Source: Octopus bimaculoides (taxonomy: Eukaryota). From it: a stretch of DNA of 38,590 nt. The translations under genes and the position numbers were made by a program. Below, one piece after another: positions 35,000 through 38,590 of the stretch. A model generated the notes under the pieces. That model saw only the letters and a program-made list of their open reading frames with translations. It made no database searches and had not been told where the DNA came from. The DNA lies in assembly GCF_001194135.2 (NCBI RefSeq), contig NC_068989.1:60106720-60145309 (forward strand), given 5' to 3'. Positions within the stretch are counted from its first letter, which is position 1; every line of letters starts with the position of its first letter.

Positions 35000-35585
35000 A
35001 CAATATGGAAAAATAGAGAAAATGGAACGCTCACAAGTCTACAAGGCAAACAACTAGTGAATCAGAGTGCAATTCTAAGTCAGAATGATAACAGGACATT
35101 GAAAGAACATTATGAATATTTTTCAGAAAATGAAGTCAACAATGCATTACCGTAAATTAAAATGTTTATCATTATAAAACAAGATTCCCAAATGAAATGC
35201 GACAAGTAGAAACCTATAAAATTGCCATCCAATAACAGATTCTCAGAAGAGAACTATATTTCTAACAAAGGAAGATATGCGCACCATGCGGTAATAGTAC
35301 AATATAAAAGCAGGACAAAAAAGCTAACCATCTTCAGAGAAATAAATTCAGAATAAAGAAAGAAATTAACGATATACTCTCAAAGTATAAAACTCGAGGG
35401 GAAAAAGATAATGCCATACACCTGAATGCTAAGGAATCGCAAGACATCACTGCAAAGTACACATACCATCCTACATCTAATGCGGTAACATAATAGAAGA
35501 AAAACAGAAGATGCACAACTTAGACAAAACAGGAATAAAATCAAGCGACAACAGGAAATATGCCGTGGAAAAAAGTAATAATAAC
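35000..35585 (+). mobile_element. Possible N-terminal relic of an R4/Dong-like ORF
   Basis: A-rich decayed coding sequence: QGKQLVNQSAILS, IKKEINDILSKYK..DITAKYTY..SNAVT, GNMPWKK resemble the N-terminal region of R4-clade ORFs. Confidence 0.4.
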
Positions 35586-35599
35586 CCTTTCAATTATAG

Positions 35600-35765
35600 A
35601 CCGCGAAACTTTTGGTGGGTGATCTAATCGATTACATCAAACTTGGTACTCAAATGTACCTATTTCAATGGCGCCGAAACACAAGGTCTACGTCGGTGAA
35701 ATTTGAACTCGGAACGTAAAGACGGACGAAGTGTCGCCTGGAATTCTGCCACCTCGCTACCTTAC
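35600..35765 (-). mobile_element. Degenerate SINE family B copy
   Basis: AATCGATTACATC...AATTTGAACTCGGAACGTAAAGACGGACGAA...ATTCTGCCACCTCGC. Confidence 0.8.
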
Positions 35766-36136
35766 ATGCATTTAATATCGGAAATTTATAACATGGTATA
35801 AAAATTTAAGAGAGAAAAGTAATTCGCAATTCAACAGAAGAATTATTTGCCAGGAATTTACTGTTGCTGAAACATTTCGATTTGAACTGATGAATTTAAT
35901 AGCGTTTTATTACACGTGTTGGTTCACAAGTAAAAGTTTGTTTTTTTAATCTGAACGCCAGCCCTGAATTATATCCACAATCAAGATAGTTATGTTTGTG
36001 TTAATATATTTAATGCAGGGACATGAAAGAAAAGTGAGGAAAATTAATGCGATTTTATCATGTTTCTGTTTTATTATGACTTCAACAGCGAAACACAAAC
36101 TTTATCGTGATATGCTGTAGTATGGATGAAATCACT

Positions 36137-36137
<1 letters not shown>

Positions 36138-36167
<30 letters not shown>

Positions 36168-36255
36168 NNNNNNNNNNNNNNNNNNNNNNNNNNNNNNNNN
36201 NNNNNNNNNNNNAAAAAAAAAAAAAAAATAATAATAATAATAAATAAATAAATAG
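36138..36255. repeat. (TA)n, gap 36168-36212, poly-A/(AAT)n
   Basis: Seen directly in sequence. Confidence 0.93.
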
Positions 36256-36830
36256 AAAATTAGTTTATTGTACATATAATTAATGCAGGCAGCATCACAA
36301 AGTCAACTCGAAAGTATTATGCTCTGAAATTAGTCACAGACTAATTTTATTTTAAGACCAAAACATGTCCAGAGTTAGCCACTGGCTAATATTATTTACA
36401 CTAAGGATTTATAGTCAAGCTTCTAATGCTCTGTACGTTACGTGTTATCATGCGACTAGAGTTTCAGAATAATGTATTCTATGAACATAATAAAGATATA
36501 TAGCACATTTTATCTGTAAATAGGTACTGTATGTGAGCAAATTTATCAATGCGTACTCTGTAGAATCCAATAATGTTTGTCTAGCTTGCAATGTTGAACC
36601 CTGAATCGTGGAAATATAACCTCTGTATCTGAAATAGTTTTTACCCGACATGTTAGTCCAGAATAGTTATGAAGATGCTTATGTGCATCTTAGATAGGTC
36701 ACTCTTTCTGTTTTTAATTAAGCTTGATGTCTCTGTATTTCAAGTAATTTGTGTTAGAGGACTAAAATGAAAGGCGTTTATTTTCTCTGGGAATCGAAGT
36801 TGTAGATTACTGTCTGTGTTAGAGCTCTCG

Positions 36831-36832
<2 letters not shown>

Positions 36833-36895
<63 letters not shown>
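36833..36895. repeat. (TA)n microsatellite
   Basis: Seen directly in sequence. Confidence 0.97.
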
Positions 36896-36898
<3 letters not shown>

Positions 36899-38056
36899 TC
36901 TCTTGTTTAACTGTGAATTAGCTTAAGTTTTGACTGTGAATATCATGGGTAATAATATCTGCACGAAAGAAATACAAACTGAAATTTGATGAGAATTGAA
37001 GTCGGAGCGTTGAAGCCGCTAATTATATACCCTTAGCCCAAGATTCTAGTACAGTTCTCAGTAACTCACCGAGATTTAATTTTCACTGAAACAGAATTTT
37101 ATCCGGGTGTTCCTGTTCTTAAAATCTCCAGGTTTGAGGCTGATGTTCCCTCGTTCTGTATTCAACACCATCGTATTTTTAAAAAGGTGTCATTTGTAAA
37201 TCGTAAAGTAACAACATTTGTTGAAATCATTGAGAATAACGATTGTCCATGCTAGAGGAACCTGGTTTTCCCTATGTTGTTGTTTTACACACATTACACA
37301 GAATGTTCTGAGCTGACGTAAATCAGCATTCCGGTTTCCACTAATGTTTTGGTAAAATTGTACGTCACAGAACATAGCTTCTCTCTCTTAACAAATTAAA
37401 GCAACATAGCATTTTGTGTCTAGTCTGAAGATACAATTCACTTTTATTGATTAAGAAGTGACACAACTGTTGAAGTGGTTAGAGTGTCGTATCTAGCAAC
37501 AGAAACGGCAACAGTTCACTTCTTGTCATTGGCACTAAAGAATGTCTTTGGCAAAACAAGTAGACTCTCAGTGGCTCAGTTTCCTAGATAACACCAGGAA
37601 TAATTTCTATTATCATATTAGGTTTTACCGATGGGAGATGTTAGCATTTCTCATTAGTAAATGGTTTCCTGTCCTAAACATATATTTTCCTACTTCACAG
37701 CTTACTGGATATGGAAAAAATACATAAGCTTAAGTTAGAAATATATTTGGTTATCAATAACGAAATTATATTACTTGGACAGAAGTATCATTTTGTTGAA
37801 TCGGCAGTCCGTATGCATAGAGCGTGCTAAAATTACATGATAGAAAGAGCTAACTTGTTTGCCCGTTTAGTGTCTTCAGAAACTGTCAAAAACACTTTAA
37901 TCTAATATGATTGACATGTTAAATGTGTAATTTTGATGGCAATGTGACTGCAGCGAATCAGTTAGGAATGTAAACATAACTAAATAAACTAATATAATGT
38001 ATTCGATTCACAGTTTTTATATTGTAATATTTACATAAAACACTAAAACATCGGTA

Positions 38057-38132
<76 letters not shown>

Positions 38133-38438
38133 TTCTTTTTATCACAGGTTTTGTTGGAGCTTCTGGAGTCTTGAATGCGTAGCGGGCTTACTACCTGCAG
38201 CCTATGGTACCGTGCTATTCGTTCTTTTCAGCTATCTGATACTTTCCTGATTATTCCGGCCGTGTCAAGGAGGCAAACCTTTTGCAACAGTTCTGCTGGG
38301 CACTCTTTTCTAATTTCCTTTATATTCCTCTTGATACCTTCTGGTACTGTTCCCAAGGACCCAACAATAATTGGTACTATCTTCACCTTCTTCATTTTCC
38401 ATAGCCGGGCTATTTCGTACTTAAGAGGGTTGTATTTA

Positions 38439-38439
<1 letters not shown>
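38133..38439 (-). mobile_element. 5'-truncated R4/Dong-like element flanked on both sides by (TTA)n
   Basis: Minus strand 38437-38228 reads KYNPLKYEIARLWKMKKVKIVPIIVGSLGTVPEGIKRNIKEIRKECPAELLQKVCLLDTAGIIRKVSDS*; (TTA)n at 38058-38132 and 38440-38469. Confidence 0.85.
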
Positions 38440-38469
<30 letters not shown>

Positions 38470-38590
38470 GAGTGAGAGAGCAGTGCATGCCATCAAAGTG
38501 ACACTGGGGTAAAATATACGAAGCCCAGTATACCCATCATGACTACCCGTCTGATAAAGGTACACAAGGCACATGCATCACAACCATATG
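38470..38590 (-). mobile_element. 3' end of an interspersed repeat ending in an (AAT)n tail, truncated by the window edge
   Basis: ...CACTGCTCTCTCACTC(AAT)n on the minus strand; family recognised from memory only. Confidence 0.45.

Overview
This is AT-rich eukaryotic DNA, dense in microsatellites, with N-gaps that almost always sit at simple repeats. It is most likely Octopus (an inference from the abundant SINE families, recognised from memory). There is no intact long CDS, rRNA, bona fide tRNA gene or CRISPR array; the long ORFs in the track are gap, microsatellite or antisense artefacts. The window is mostly a stack of mobile-element relics: about 15 SINE copies from several families, RTE-BovB, L1/Tx1-like and R4/Dong-like LINE fragments, a Tc1/mariner relic, a TA-flanked TIR element and a 282-bp near-perfect palindrome. 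The most notable items are (i) a RAG1/Transib-like transposase pseudogene at about 20290-21090 that keeps the HxxxxH zinc motif, the catalytic Glu and a CxxC-x4-H tail, followed by repeated subterminal motifs; (ii) a SINE whose 3' tail is identical over 25 nt to the 3' end of an L1/Tx1-like LINE in the same window; (iii) R4/Dong-like insertions into (AAT)n tracts. A few short candidate exons and promoter-like patches are listed at low confidence.
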